Shown here: piece after piece, positions 35,534 to 45,381 of the stretch
Numbering within the stretch: the stretch's first letter is position 1
Layout: every line of letters begins with the position of its first letter
Assembly: GCA_902803745.1 (NCBI GenBank)
Contig: CADCRB010000115.1
Coordinates: forward strand, 1 to 55,234
Origin: an uncultured Lachnospiraceae bacterium
GTDB lineage: Bacteria > Bacillota > Clostridia > Lachnospirales > Lachnospiraceae
Length of the DNA: 55,234 nt
Direction: 5' to 3'
Notes under the pieces: model-generated
What the model saw: the letters and a program-made list of their open reading frames with translations, nothing else
The model's database searches: none
Told to the model about the DNA's origin: nothing
Made by a program: the position numbers and the translations under genes

Positions 35534-37519
35534 TTGCCTGAGTTGGCGTTTCTAATATTATTTCCGTTTGCAACGGCCTTTATCTTATTCTTCTTAAAGA
35601 GGGATTCCAAAGTACGCTCCTTTTTCGTTTTTTTTGGTGCTTTTGGAGAGCTTGCAGCCTCAATTTGCTTTGCTGTAGACAGTCTGCTTCACAGAGACCT
35701 GGAGATGGGAACCTTTTTTCTTCCGGATACACATTTTTCGGATATGATAATGGCCGCTGTTGAAGTCTGCCTTATGCTGATTGTATTTTTCCTTTCTATA
35801 AAGTATAAGAAATATTTTGTTATTCTGCTTTCAGCTTTTGGTACTATCCCGGCGGTTTATCTGGATTTTTCCGGTATAAGTGAGACGACGGCATCCCATA
35901 TCAAGGTCGATTATCTCACTATGATAATGATCCTTGTGGTGGGAATAGTCGGATCTCTTATCTGTGTGTATGCAGTAGGATATATAAGGGATTATCACCA
36001 TCACCATAAAGAATTCAAGGACAGATCAGGATACTTTCTTTCGATGCTTTTTGTTTTCCTCGGTGCAATGATGGGACTGATCAGCTCCGATAATCTTATG
36101 TGGATGTATTTCTTCTGGGAGATAACATCGGTCTGCTCATTCCTTCTGATAGGATATTCAAGGACTTCCGAAGCGGTTACAAATTCTTTCCGGGCACTTT
36201 GGATGAACCTGCTTGGCGGATGTGGCTTTATGGCTGCGATAATATTCTGTATCTGCGTGATGGAAATAACAAACATATCGCAGCTTCTGGTTTTTGCCAC
36301 GCTTCCCTCGATGGCAGTTTTTCCGGTAGCTATGCTGTCCTTTGCAGCTCTTACCAAATCGGCGCAGATGCCGTTTTCGAGATGGCTTCTGGGTGCCATG
36401 GTGGCACCTACACCCACCTCAGCTCTTCTGCATTCTGCTACCATGGTAAAAGCAGGAGTATATCTGCTGTTGAGGCTTTCGCCTATGATGGGAGGATCTG
36501 AAGTCGGGATCATGGTCACTGTTATAGGAGGATTTACTTTTTTTGCCGCATCGCTTTTGGCTATCACAGTAACAGACGGAAAAAAGGTACTCGCATATTC
36601 TACGATATCGAATCTCGGACTTATCACCGCAGCTGCGGGATGCGGCTTGCCTGAGGCAGTCTGGGCAGGGATTATGCTCCTGATCTTTCATGCAGTCACT
36701 AAATCCATGATGTTTATGTCGGTGGGTGCATATGAGAATTCCACCGGGAGCAGGGATGTGGAGGATATGCATGGGATGATAGTAAGATATCCCAGACTGG
36801 CTTTTGTAATGACTATCGGGATATTCGGTATGTCTGTGGTACCGATGGGAATGTGTGTTGCAAAGTGGGCTGCTCTAAAAGCATTCATTGATTCGGGATA
36901 TGTTTATCTTACAATGTTTCTTTGTTTTGGCTCCGCGACAACTCTGTTTTACTGGGTCAAATGGCTTGGGAAGATATTTAGTGTTTCGAGAGGATCCATG
37001 AAGCATGAGTATACCGTCTGCTTTAGCGAGTGGCTTTCTATTTATCCTCTGTCATTCATTGCTGTTTTTCTATGTATTGTATATCCCCTCATCAGTCGGT
37101 TTGCAGTCGTTCCGTATATACAGAATGCGTTTAGCGGTTCACTAAGCCGTTTCGTTACAGCGGCGTTTCCTGATAGTACTATTGTTCCGGCTTCGTCCGG
37201 AACGGTAGCCGCGATAAGCACGGAGGATTTTGTAATAATGGGTGTGATGCTCATATGTATGTGCATACTTCCACTTGCGATGAGATTTGTTAACAGCGTA
37301 CAGGAAAGAAGAGTTCTGTCATATATGTCGGGATTTAATGCCGGCGACGACAGGAGCTTTTATGACAGTTTTGGAGAGGAAAGAGGACAGTATCTTTCAA
37401 ATTGGTATATGCAGGATTTATTCGGAGAGAAAAAGATACTGACCGGATGTCTGATATTGACTGCAGTATTCCTTATCTGTATTATGGCATCCTGCGCGGT
37501 AGGGGGATTATTCTTATGA
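35534..37519 (+). CDS. echA: Ech hydrogenase antiporter-like membrane subunit (NuoL/MrpA-like)
   Basis: FFWE, TKSAQMPF..WL..AM.APTP.SALLHSATMVKAG, LAYSTIS, HA..K; TTG start. Confidence 0.9.
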   Translation: MPELAFLILFPFATAFILFFLKRDSKVRSFFVFFGAFGELAASICFAVDSLLHRDLEMGTFFLPDTHFSDMIMAAVEVCLMLIVFFLSIKYKKYFVILLSAFGTIPAVYLDFSGISETTASHIKVDYLTMIMILVVGIVGSLICVYAVGYIRDYHHHHKEFKDRSGYFLSMLFVFLGAMMGLISSDNLMWMYFFWEITSVCSFLLIGYSRTSEAVTNSFRALWMNLLGGCGFMAAIIFCICVMEITNISQLLVFATLPSMAVFPVAMLSFAALTKSAQMPFSRWLLGAMVAPTPTSALLHSATMVKAGVYLLLRLSPMMGGSEVGIMVTVIGGFTFFAASLLAITVTDGKKVLAYSTISNLGLITAAAGCGLPEAVWAGIMLLIFHAVTKSMMFMSVGAYENSTGSRDVEDMHGMIVRYPRLAFVMTIGIFGMSVVPMGMCVAKWAALKAFIDSGYVYLTMFLCFGSATTLFYWVKWLGKIFSVSRGSMKHEYTVCFSEWLSIYPLSFIAVFLCIVYPLISRFAVVPYIQNAFSGSLSRFVTAAFPDSTIVPASSGTVAAISTEDFVIMGVMLICMCILPLAMRFVNSVQERRVLSYMSGFNAGDDRSFYDSFGEERGQYLSNWYMQDLFGEKKILTGCLILTAVFLICIMASCAVGGLFL

Positions 37520-38385
37520 CGACTTACAGCCTGATATCGGTCATACTTTATCTTATATTATCTCCCGTCATTGCGTGCCTTTTTTCCGGCGTGGACAGGA
37601 TCGTAACTGCCCGTATGCAGGGAAGACGCGGGCCGAAGCTTTTACAGCCGTTTTACGATATCATGAAGCTGTTTTCCAAGGAGAATACATCTGTAAATGA
37701 AATACAGAAGATACTTGTCATGGCACACTGTTTTTTTGCTGTTTTCAGTGGAGCGATCTTTTTTGCAGGAGAGGATATTCTGTTGGTGCTTTTCGCACTC
37801 ACAATGGCAGAAGTATTTCTGATACTTGCAGCGTACAGCGTGAACGCTGCGTATTCTGAAATTGGAGCTCAAAGAGAGCTTCTTCAGATGATGGCGTATG
37901 AGCCCATGACTCTTTTAACGGCAGTTGGTTTCTATCTTTCAGTCGGATCGTTTAAGGTCGGGGATATAATCAGGAGTGATGTACCGCTTATAGTTAAAAT
38001 GCCCGGATTCTTTCTGGGATTTTGTTTTATTCTCGTAATAAAATTCAGGAAATCGCCATTTGATCTGGCGACATCCCACCATGCGCATCAGGAGGTTATC
38101 AAAGGTCTTACTGGAGATCTTGCCGGTCCGGCATATGGGTTTTCCGAGCTGGCAGAGCTATATGAGGAGATACTGATGCTGGGAATGGCTGGACTGTTTT
38201 TTATTTCATCGGATAAGATAAGCATTATCTGGGCGGCCTGTGCAGTAGTCATACTGCTGTTTTGTATGTCACTGGTTGATAATATTTTTCCAAGAGTTAA
38301 ATGGGAGAGTCTGCTGAAGTCTTCCTGGATCGTGACTCTTTTTGCAGGCGGAGCAAACCTTGTCATACTTTCGCTTGTCAGATGA
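37516..38385 (+). CDS. echB: Ech hydrogenase membrane subunit (NuoH-like)
   Basis: DR...ARMQGR.GP..LQP.YD..KL and SPFD motifs; ATG 37516 overlaps the echA stop. Confidence 0.9.
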   Translation: MTTYSLISVILYLILSPVIACLFSGVDRIVTARMQGRRGPKLLQPFYDIMKLFSKENTSVNEIQKILVMAHCFFAVFSGAIFFAGEDILLVLFALTMAEVFLILAAYSVNAAYSEIGAQRELLQMMAYEPMTLLTAVGFYLSVGSFKVGDIIRSDVPLIVKMPGFFLGFCFILVIKFRKSPFDLATSHHAHQEVIKGLTGDLAGPAYGFSELAELYEEILMLGMAGLFFISSDKISIIWAACAVVILLFCMSLVDNIFPRVKWESLLKSSWIVTLFAGGANLVILSLVR

Positions 38386-38435
38386 GGGCGAAGAACAGAG
38401 GGAAGAGAAACTGAATTTATCATAGGAGAGAATAG

Positions 38436-38960
38436 ATGAGGATTTCCAAAAGCCCCTGGCTGCTTCATTATGATGGCAGCAGCTGCAACGGCTGCGATAT
38501 AGAAGTTTTAGCGACTACAGCACCAAGATTTGATATAGAGCGATTTGGGATTATCAATACAGGTAATCCAAGACACGCAGATATATTCCTGTGTACGGGA
38601 GGAGTAAATTCACAAAACCAGGATGTGGTGCGTCAGATTTATGACCAGATGCCAGATCCCAAGGTAGTGCTTGCCTGTGGAATATGTGCCTGCGACGGGG
38701 GAATATTTAAGGATTGTTATAATATTCTGGGTGGAACGGATACCGTGATACCGGTTGATGTATATGTTCCGGGATGTGCCGTGAGACCCGAGGCGCTGAT
38801 AGACGGCGTAGTAAAGGCTTTGAAGATACTTGATGAAAAGAACGAAAAGATGAAGCGGGGAGAATACAGAAGTCTTACATCATCAGAATACGCTGCCAAG
38901 ATCAATGGCGATGTAAAAGAAGCTGGGGATTCTGAAGGAGAGGAGAAAACGGATGCTTGA
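38436..38960 (+). CDS. echC: Ech hydrogenase small subunit (NuoB-like)
   Basis: SCNGCDIE, NPRHAD, GICA, VPGC. Confidence 0.93.
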   Translation: MRISKSPWLLHYDGSSCNGCDIEVLATTAPRFDIERFGIINTGNPRHADIFLCTGGVNSQNQDVVRQIYDQMPDPKVVLACGICACDGGIFKDCYNILGGTDTVIPVDVYVPGCAVRPEALIDGVVKALKILDEKNEKMKRGEYRSLTSSEYAAKINGDVKEAGDSEGEEKTDA

Positions 38961-39297
38961 GAACCTTGAGGTGATCGGACTCATAGGTCTTCTGAATAAA
39001 GTCAAGGAAATAAAAAATGAAGACTACAGGATCATGCAGATCTGTTCGACTAAGATAGATGAGGAATATGAGCTGCTCTATACCTTCGGACGGGAATATG
39101 AGATAAAGCATCTTAAGACAACTATCCGTTACGGAGAGCATGTTCCCAGCATATCCGATATTTTTCCTTCGGCTTTTTTATATGAGAATGAGATGCATGA
39201 TCTTTTTGGGATCGCGATTGACGGAATAAATCATGACTACAAAGGGAATCTTTACCGGACAGCAGTAGAGGCGCCTTTTGCCGGATCGGAGGCGTAA
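38953..39297 (+). CDS. echD: Ech hydrogenase subunit D (NuoC-like)
   Basis: PSIS.IFPSAFLYENEMHDLFGI. Confidence 0.9.
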   Translation: MLENLEVIGLIGLLNKVKEIKNEDYRIMQICSTKIDEEYELLYTFGREYEIKHLKTTIRYGEHVPSISDIFPSAFLYENEMHDLFGIAIDGINHDYKGNLYRTAVEAPFAGSEA

Positions 39298-40380
39298 ATG
39301 GCAGCAAAAAGAAGCGTGATCCCGTTTGGACCACAGCATCCGGTACTGCCGGAACCAATACATATTGACCTTATTACCGAGGATGAGAAGGTTGTTGAAG
39401 CAGTTCCTTCGATAGGATTTGTCCACAGAGGATTGGAACAGCTTGTTACCAAAAAAGATTTCGGCGAGATGGTTTATGTGGCAGAGCGTATTTGCGGTAT
39501 CTGCTCTTTCGGACATGGATATGGATATGTTAAGACCATAGAGCATATCATGGGGATTGAGCCCACGGACAGAGCCAGATATATCAGAACCCTGCTCTTT
39601 GAACTCTCCCGTATGCATTCCCATATTCTTTGGCTGGGTCTTATGGCGGATGCGTTTGGTTTTGAGAGCCTTTTTATGGAGACTTGGAGGCTCAGGGAAA
39701 AGATCCTTGATATGCTTGAGTCGGCTACGGGCGGTAGAGTGATCTTTTCAATAATCAGGATAGGCGGCTTAAGAAAAGATGTTCCGGATGATATACTCAA
39801 GGGCTTTATTCCTGAACTTGAGAAGGTAGTAGAGGGCATAAAATCCTGCGAGAAAGTATTCCTTTCAGATCCTGCAGTGCTTAGCCGACTTAAGGGAGTG
39901 GGGTATCTCTCAAAAGAGGATGCAATAAACCTTGGATGTGAAGGACCCTTTCTGAGGGCTTCAGGAGTGGACTGGGACAATCGTATGAGGGGATATGCTG
40001 CATATCCTTCTGTAGATTTTGATATCATTACATCGAATGATGGTGATTCGTATGCCAGATGCTATGTCCGTATACAGGAAATATATCAATCGGCAGCTAT
40101 AATAAGACAATGTATAGAAAAGATGCCTCAGGAAGGGATATATGTGCCAATAAAGGGATTCCCCAACGGGGAACATATGACAGTGATCGAGCAGCCCAGA
40201 GGTGGAGCCTGCTATTATGTGCAGGCATCAGGCAAGAAATTTATAGAGAGGATGAGAGTCAGAACCCCTACCTTTGCAAATATCCCTGCTCTTGTCAAAA
40301 CCCTACAGGGGTGTGATGTTTCCGACGTACCAATATTGGTTGTGACTATAGACCCTTGCATTTCCTGCACTGAAAGATGA
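39298..40380 (+). CDS. echE: Ech [NiFe] hydrogenase large subunit (group 4e-like)
   Basis: GPQHP, HRGLE, L1 ERICGICS, L2 DPCISCTER at the very C-terminus with no cleavable extension. Confidence 0.95.
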   Translation: MAAKRSVIPFGPQHPVLPEPIHIDLITEDEKVVEAVPSIGFVHRGLEQLVTKKDFGEMVYVAERICGICSFGHGYGYVKTIEHIMGIEPTDRARYIRTLLFELSRMHSHILWLGLMADAFGFESLFMETWRLREKILDMLESATGGRVIFSIIRIGGLRKDVPDDILKGFIPELEKVVEGIKSCEKVFLSDPAVLSRLKGVGYLSKEDAINLGCEGPFLRASGVDWDNRMRGYAAYPSVDFDIITSNDGDSYARCYVRIQEIYQSAAIIRQCIEKMPQEGIYVPIKGFPNGEHMTVIEQPRGGACYYVQASGKKFIERMRVRTPTFANIPALVKTLQGCDVSDVPILVVTIDPCISCTER

Positions 40381-40396
40381 TTTTTCGAGGCTTGAT

Positions 40397-40885
40397 ATGT
40401 CGTTGGTTAATTTTACGAAAACCGAATTAAAGAACCTCTTCAGGAAGCCCGCTACGGAAAAGTATCCTGAAGGGCCCGCAACATACAAAGAGGGAACAAG
40501 GGGACATATTGTGAATAATATGGATGCCTGTGTGCTCTGCGGGGTTTGTCAGATGCGATGTCCTACACGGGCGATAACTGTCGACAGAAAGGGACAGACC
40601 TGGTCTATAAAGCCTTTTTCGTGTATCCAATGCCGCAGGTGCGTGGACAACTGTCCGAAGAAATCTCTGTCTATGGCAAAGGAATACACTGAACCCGATA
40701 GTCAAAAGATACAAAAGGAATATGAGCTTTCTGACAGACAGAAGGAAGTGCTTGCAGCTCAGGCAAGACAGGCAGCGGAGCGTGCAAAAGCAGCCATGCT
40801 TGCTGCAAAACAGAAGACATCGAAGGTGAAACCGGAGGCATCTTCTGATGCAAATGCCGATGGGAGTAAAGGCGATGAAAAATAA
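40397..40885 (+). CDS. echF: Ech hydrogenase 2x[4Fe-4S] subunit (NuoI-like)
   Basis: CVLCGVCQMRCP and CIQCRRCVDNCP; Ala/Lys-rich C-terminal extension. Confidence 0.9.
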   Translation: MSLVNFTKTELKNLFRKPATEKYPEGPATYKEGTRGHIVNNMDACVLCGVCQMRCPTRAITVDRKGQTWSIKPFSCIQCRRCVDNCPKKSLSMAKEYTEPDSQKIQKEYELSDRQKEVLAAQARQAAERAKAAMLAAKQKTSKVKPEASSDANADGSKGDEK

Positions 40886-43110
40886 TGGATTATGAGATAA
40901 CCGTAACAGGTCTGGTACAGGGAGTTGGCTTTAGACCATATGTATACAGACTGGCAAAAAGTCTGGGGATTTCGGGGGATGTGAGAAATTCCGGCGGGAT
41001 CGTCCGGATCAGGCTTTCGGAATGTGACGAGGAATTGGCAAACAGGTTTGTTGCTGAGCTTAAAGGCAGGAAACCAAAGGAAGCCTGTATTGATTCGATA
41101 GAAATGAAACCGGTGGAGCAGAGAACAGGCGCTGCCGGTTTTTTTATCGTACCTTCTGATGAAATAAAGGCAGATGAGTTGCCGGATATTCCGGCCGATA
41201 TAGGAGTATGTACCCGCTGTATCTCGGAGATGAAGGACCTTTCCAACAGGAGATATGCGTATCCATATATATCCTGCGCATCCTGTGGGCCGAGGTATTC
41301 GATCATACACCGGCTTCCGTATGACAGAGAAAATACCTCTATGTCATCATATCTAAAATGTGATGACTGTGATTCGGATTATAATGATGAGAATAACCCG
41401 TATGCCAGAAGACATTTTGCCCAGACGATAAGCTGCAATGAATGCGGTCCTCAGGCTATCCTGCGAGCGGAAAAGGGGGAAGAGCTCAGCGGAGGCTTTG
41501 CGATAAGCAGGGCCTGTGAAATATTAAGGTACGGAGGAATACTTGCGATCAAGGGCATCGGGGGATACCAGTTTGCCTGTCTCCCAGACGATACTTATGC
41601 CGTATTGAAGCTTAGGGATATAAAAGGACGCAAAAAGAAGCCTTTTGCGATGCTCTTTCCAAATATCGCTTCAATAAAAGAGGTTGCCTTAGTATCCAGG
41701 GAAGAAGAAGAGCTGCTGAGGTCGGGGGAAAGGCCTATCGTTTTGCTTGAGGCCAATTTAAAAGATAAGTCCTTAAAGTTTGTCTGCGGTGACAGTACTA
41801 ACATCGGCGCTATGCTCCCGCAGTCAGGAATCCATGAAATACTCTCCTCGGTATTGGGGCCTATGGTTCTGACATCGGGGAATATAAGCGGAGAGCCGCT
41901 TTCCTATAAGGACGAAGATTTTTTTCGGCATGAATTCGAGGGGATAGAGGGTGTTTTGTATTACAAACGGGATATACTGGTTCCGGAGGATGATTCGGTA
42001 ACACGGATCCTGGGCGGAAAAACACAGGTGATAAGATATGCAAGAGGATATGTGCCGAAAAAGCTAAGCCTGGAACGAATTTTTAAGAAACCCTTAATTG
42101 CATTCGGCGGGGATCTTAAAGCCTCTTTTGCCATAGGCAAGGGAAGGGGAGTGATATTATCCCAGTATATCGGAGATCTGGAAAGCTATGCCTGTCAGGA
42201 ATACTTTAAGTCATCATTGAAGAGAGAGATGGAGCTTTACGGCTTTCGTCCGGAAGCGATCGCCTGTGATAAACATCCGGGATATACTTCTGTAAGACTG
42301 GCAAAGGAATTTGCTGACAAAAGGCATATCCCTATTATAGGTGTATATCATCATCACGCCCATGTAGCTTCTGTTATGGCGGAGCATGGGCTGACGCATG
42401 CCATAGGGGTTGCTATGGATGGAACAGGCTATGGGAAAGACGGCAGGATCTGGGGCGGGGAAATTTTCTATGTTACCGGTGGTACGGCAGACAGGCGCTC
42501 ACATATCGAATATTTCAGGCTCATTGGAGGTGATGAGGCGGCAAAGGATGCCGGAAAAGACCTAAAATGTCTGATGCATGCTTCCGGGTTCAGTATAGAA
42601 GATGAGCTGATAAAGACTGCGATCGACGAGCATATTAATACGATAGAAACATCTTCCGCGGGAAGACTGTTTGATATTATTTCAGCTGCTCTGGGGATAA
42701 GGGATTATAATACCTATGAAGCGGAATGTGCCATTGCCCTTGAGAATGCGGCAAAAAGCGCATTGAAGAATAGTCTTACCACATATGCCCTGCCGATAAC
42801 GGGGGATCCGCATGAACTGATATACTATCTTATAAAAGCAAAGCATAAGGGGATTGATGTAAGGGAACTGGCATTGGGATTTCACAGATCTCTGGCATCA
42901 TGGATAATAAGAGAATGCGAAGCAGTCAGAGATGATAAAGCAGACAATAACGTCTGCCTGTCGGGGGGATGTTTTGCAAATCAGGTCCTGTCAGATATGT
43001 GCAGGATAGGATTGGCGACTAAGGGTTTTCACGTTTACTTTAACGAAAAAATACCGATGAACGATCAGGGCATAGCTGTAGGGCAGGCTTATATCCTGGC
43101 ATTGCAATAA
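40885..43110 (+). CDS. hypF: carbamoyltransferase HypF
   Basis: GLVQGVGFRP, zinc-finger CxxC pairs, KGIGGY, HHHAH, DGTGYG, ND.GI..GQ. Confidence 0.96.
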   Translation: MDYEITVTGLVQGVGFRPYVYRLAKSLGISGDVRNSGGIVRIRLSECDEELANRFVAELKGRKPKEACIDSIEMKPVEQRTGAAGFFIVPSDEIKADELPDIPADIGVCTRCISEMKDLSNRRYAYPYISCASCGPRYSIIHRLPYDRENTSMSSYLKCDDCDSDYNDENNPYARRHFAQTISCNECGPQAILRAEKGEELSGGFAISRACEILRYGGILAIKGIGGYQFACLPDDTYAVLKLRDIKGRKKKPFAMLFPNIASIKEVALVSREEEELLRSGERPIVLLEANLKDKSLKFVCGDSTNIGAMLPQSGIHEILSSVLGPMVLTSGNISGEPLSYKDEDFFRHEFEGIEGVLYYKRDILVPEDDSVTRILGGKTQVIRYARGYVPKKLSLERIFKKPLIAFGGDLKASFAIGKGRGVILSQYIGDLESYACQEYFKSSLKREMELYGFRPEAIACDKHPGYTSVRLAKEFADKRHIPIIGVYHHHAHVASVMAEHGLTHAIGVAMDGTGYGKDGRIWGGEIFYVTGGTADRRSHIEYFRLIGGDEAAKDAGKDLKCLMHASGFSIEDELIKTAIDEHINTIETSSAGRLFDIISAALGIRDYNTYEAECAIALENAAKSALKNSLTTYALPITGDPHELIYYLIKAKHKGIDVRELALGFHRSLASWIIRECEAVRDDKADNNVCLSGGCFANQVLSDMCRIGLATKGFHVYFNEKIPMNDQGIAVGQAYILALQ

Positions 43111-43127
43111 TAATTGAGGAGAAGGAC

Positions 43128-43343
43128 ATGTGTATAGCATCAAGCGGAGTGATAGTTGAGAAGAAGGGACATAAGGCTAAGGTTGATTTTGGAGGAAATG
43201 TAGTTGAAGTAGAGGCCGGTCTTACCGAGTGCAAAGAAGGAGACCGGGTGCTGGTTCATGCGGGATGCATTATCCAGAAACTCACAGAGACTGAAGCAGA
43301 GGAATTGGATGAGATCCAGTCTCTTCTTGATGAGCTGGAATAG
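43128..43343 (+). CDS. hypC: hydrogenase assembly chaperone HypC
   Basis: MCIA N-terminus, GD.VLVHAG. Confidence 0.93.
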   Translation: MCIASSGVIVEKKGHKAKVDFGGNVVEVEAGLTECKEGDRVLVHAGCIIQKLTETEAEELDEIQSLLDELE

Positions 43344-43368
43344 AGCAGACAGCTGTCAGGGATACGAT

Positions 43369-44448
43369 ATGGAATTATCAAAAGCAATAGAATACTTAAA
43401 GAATTATAACGGAAGACAACTAAGACTTATGGAAGTGTGCGGGACCCATACCGCCGCCATAAGAAACAGCGGATTGCCGTCCATCATTTCTGAGAGGATA
43501 CATCTTGTTTCCGGACCGGGGTGTCCGGTTTGCGTGACAGTTACGGGATATATTGACAAACTGATCTCACTTTCCAAAGATAGCAGGAACGTGATAGTTA
43601 CATTTGGGGATCTTATGAGAGTTCCGGGCTCTGAAATGGATCTCTCCCGTGCTAAGAGTGAAGGTGCGGATATAAGATTTGTTTATTCTCCTTTAGATAT
43701 GATAAGAATGGCGGAAGAAGACAGGGATCATGTATATATTTTTGCTGCAGTAGGATTTGAGACAACAACTCCGGTCTATGCGGCACTGATTTCAGAAGCC
43801 GAAAAAAGCGGAACAGGGAATATACGGCTTCTGACAGCATTAAAGACAATGCCGGAGGCGATAATAAAGTCAGCGGAGGGGATAGACGGATTTCTTGCTC
43901 CGGGACACGTGGCGGTTATTACAGGCACAAAGCCGTATGAAGAGCTGGCAGGAAAGCTAGAGCTCCCCTTTGTGGTCTCAGGATTTAAGGAAGAAGGTCT
44001 TGCGGCAGCAATATATGCATTGGTTAAGATGGCGCAAAGCGGGGAAAGAAGATGTCTTAATCTATATCCACAGGCTGTCAGGGAAGAAGGAAGTGTTTTG
44101 GCAGGAGCAGCAATTGCAAAGTATTTTGAAAGCGGAGATGCTGTATGGCGGGGGATCGGTCTTATTCCAGGCTCCGGTATGTATCTGAAAGAGGAGTTTC
44201 AAAGACTGGATGCCGGAAGCAGGGGGATAGACGGAAATACAGAGACTCCCGGTTGTATGTGTGCCAAAGTAATAACCGGAAGGATAAGGCCCGACGAATG
44301 TCATCTATTTGGAAAAACATGCACCGTAGACCATCCTGTTGGAGCTTGTATGGTATCGCAGGAGGGAGCCTGTTTCGTCGCGTCCTCCGTTTCGCCGGGA
44401 TCCCTGCGGGAAAAATCCGTTTCCTGCTCAGGAAGTAAAATACATTAA
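43369..44448 (+). CDS. hypD: hydrogenase formation protein HypD
   Basis: MEVCGTHT, GPGCPVC, GFETT, PGHV, GACMVS.EGAC. Confidence 0.95.
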   Translation: MELSKAIEYLKNYNGRQLRLMEVCGTHTAAIRNSGLPSIISERIHLVSGPGCPVCVTVTGYIDKLISLSKDSRNVIVTFGDLMRVPGSEMDLSRAKSEGADIRFVYSPLDMIRMAEEDRDHVYIFAAVGFETTTPVYAALISEAEKSGTGNIRLLTALKTMPEAIIKSAEGIDGFLAPGHVAVITGTKPYEELAGKLELPFVVSGFKEEGLAAAIYALVKMAQSGERRCLNLYPQAVREEGSVLAGAAIAKYFESGDAVWRGIGLIPGSGMYLKEEFQRLDAGSRGIDGNTETPGCMCAKVITGRIRPDECHLFGKTCTVDHPVGACMVSQEGACFVASSVSPGSLREKSVSCSGSKIH

Positions 44449-44478
44449 TAATGTTACGGAAAAAGGAGAGATCATCAG

Positions 44479-45351
44479 GTGATAGTATCAGACAAATGGA
44501 TCGACTATGAAGTGCTGGATTCATCAAAAGGTGAAAAGCTGGAGAGATGGGATAAATATATACTGATAAGACCGGATCCTCAGGTTATATGGGATACAAC
44601 TAAATCAGACAAAAGATGGGATTCGCCTAACGGCCATTACTTCAGAAGTGACAAGGGCGGAGGTCACTGGGAATTTAATGATCTGCCTGAGGAATGGCGG
44701 GTAACTTATGGGAACCTGAAATTCAACCTTAAACCTTTTTCTTTTAAGCATACCGGACTCTTTCCCGAGCAGGCGGCCAACTGGGATTATGCATCTGACA
44801 TTATAAAGAAACGAAAAACAAAGGGCAGAGATACGGAGGTTTTGAATCTCTTTGCCTATACAGGAGGAGCAACGATCTCTGCCGCCGCAGCCGGCGCGCA
44901 TGTAACACATGTTGATGCATCAAAGGGAATGACGAGTTGGGCTAAAGAGAACGCAGCAGCCTCAGGAATATCTCATGAAAGCTGCCGGTGGATAGTGGAT
45001 GACTGCCGTAAATTTGTAGACAGGGAGATAAGACGAGGCAAAAAATATGACGCGATAATTCTGGATCCCCCTTCTTATGGCAGAGGACCAAAAGGCGAAG
45101 TCTGGAAGATGGAGGAAAATATATTTTATTTTTTGAAATCCGTTGCAGAGCTAATTTCTGATGATCCGGCTTTTGTGATACTGAATTCATATACTACCGG
45201 ACTACAGCCGGCGGTGCTTTCATATATGATGAAGCATCTGTTTATAAACAGATACGGCGGCATTGTCGAGGCAGATGAAGTAGGACTTCCTGTGAGTGGA
45301 AGCGGACTGATACTTCCCTGTGGAGCAACCGGCCGCTGGCAGAAGATTTGA
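44479..45351 (+). CDS. class I SAM-dependent methyltransferase (RlmI/RlmK-like)
   Basis: HTGLFPEQ, VLNLFAYTG, HVDAS, ILDPPSYG; GTG start after AAGGAG. Confidence 0.88.
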   Translation: MIVSDKWIDYEVLDSSKGEKLERWDKYILIRPDPQVIWDTTKSDKRWDSPNGHYFRSDKGGGHWEFNDLPEEWRVTYGNLKFNLKPFSFKHTGLFPEQAANWDYASDIIKKRKTKGRDTEVLNLFAYTGGATISAAAAGAHVTHVDASKGMTSWAKENAAASGISHESCRWIVDDCRKFVDREIRRGKKYDAIILDPPSYGRGPKGEVWKMEENIFYFLKSVAELISDDPAFVILNSYTTGLQPAVLSYMMKHLFINRYGGIVEADEVGLPVSGSGLILPCGATGRWQKI

Positions 45352-45381
45352 TACAGACGGAGAACATAAGGACGGAAAGAT

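Noticed and set aside
35534-40885. NADH dehydrogenase (complex I) operon
   Set aside because: The large subunit has both Ni-binding CxxC motifs, the six-gene order is that of ech, and hyp genes follow
36001-41310. Long antisense ORFs over ech/hypF (e.g. 36001-36627, 39474-40028, 40759-41310)
   Set aside because: Shadows of well-supported plus-strand genes
41851-41859. GTATTGGGG match to the sRNA 5' seed
   Set aside because: Single 9-nt match deep inside the hypF coding sequence; expected by chance
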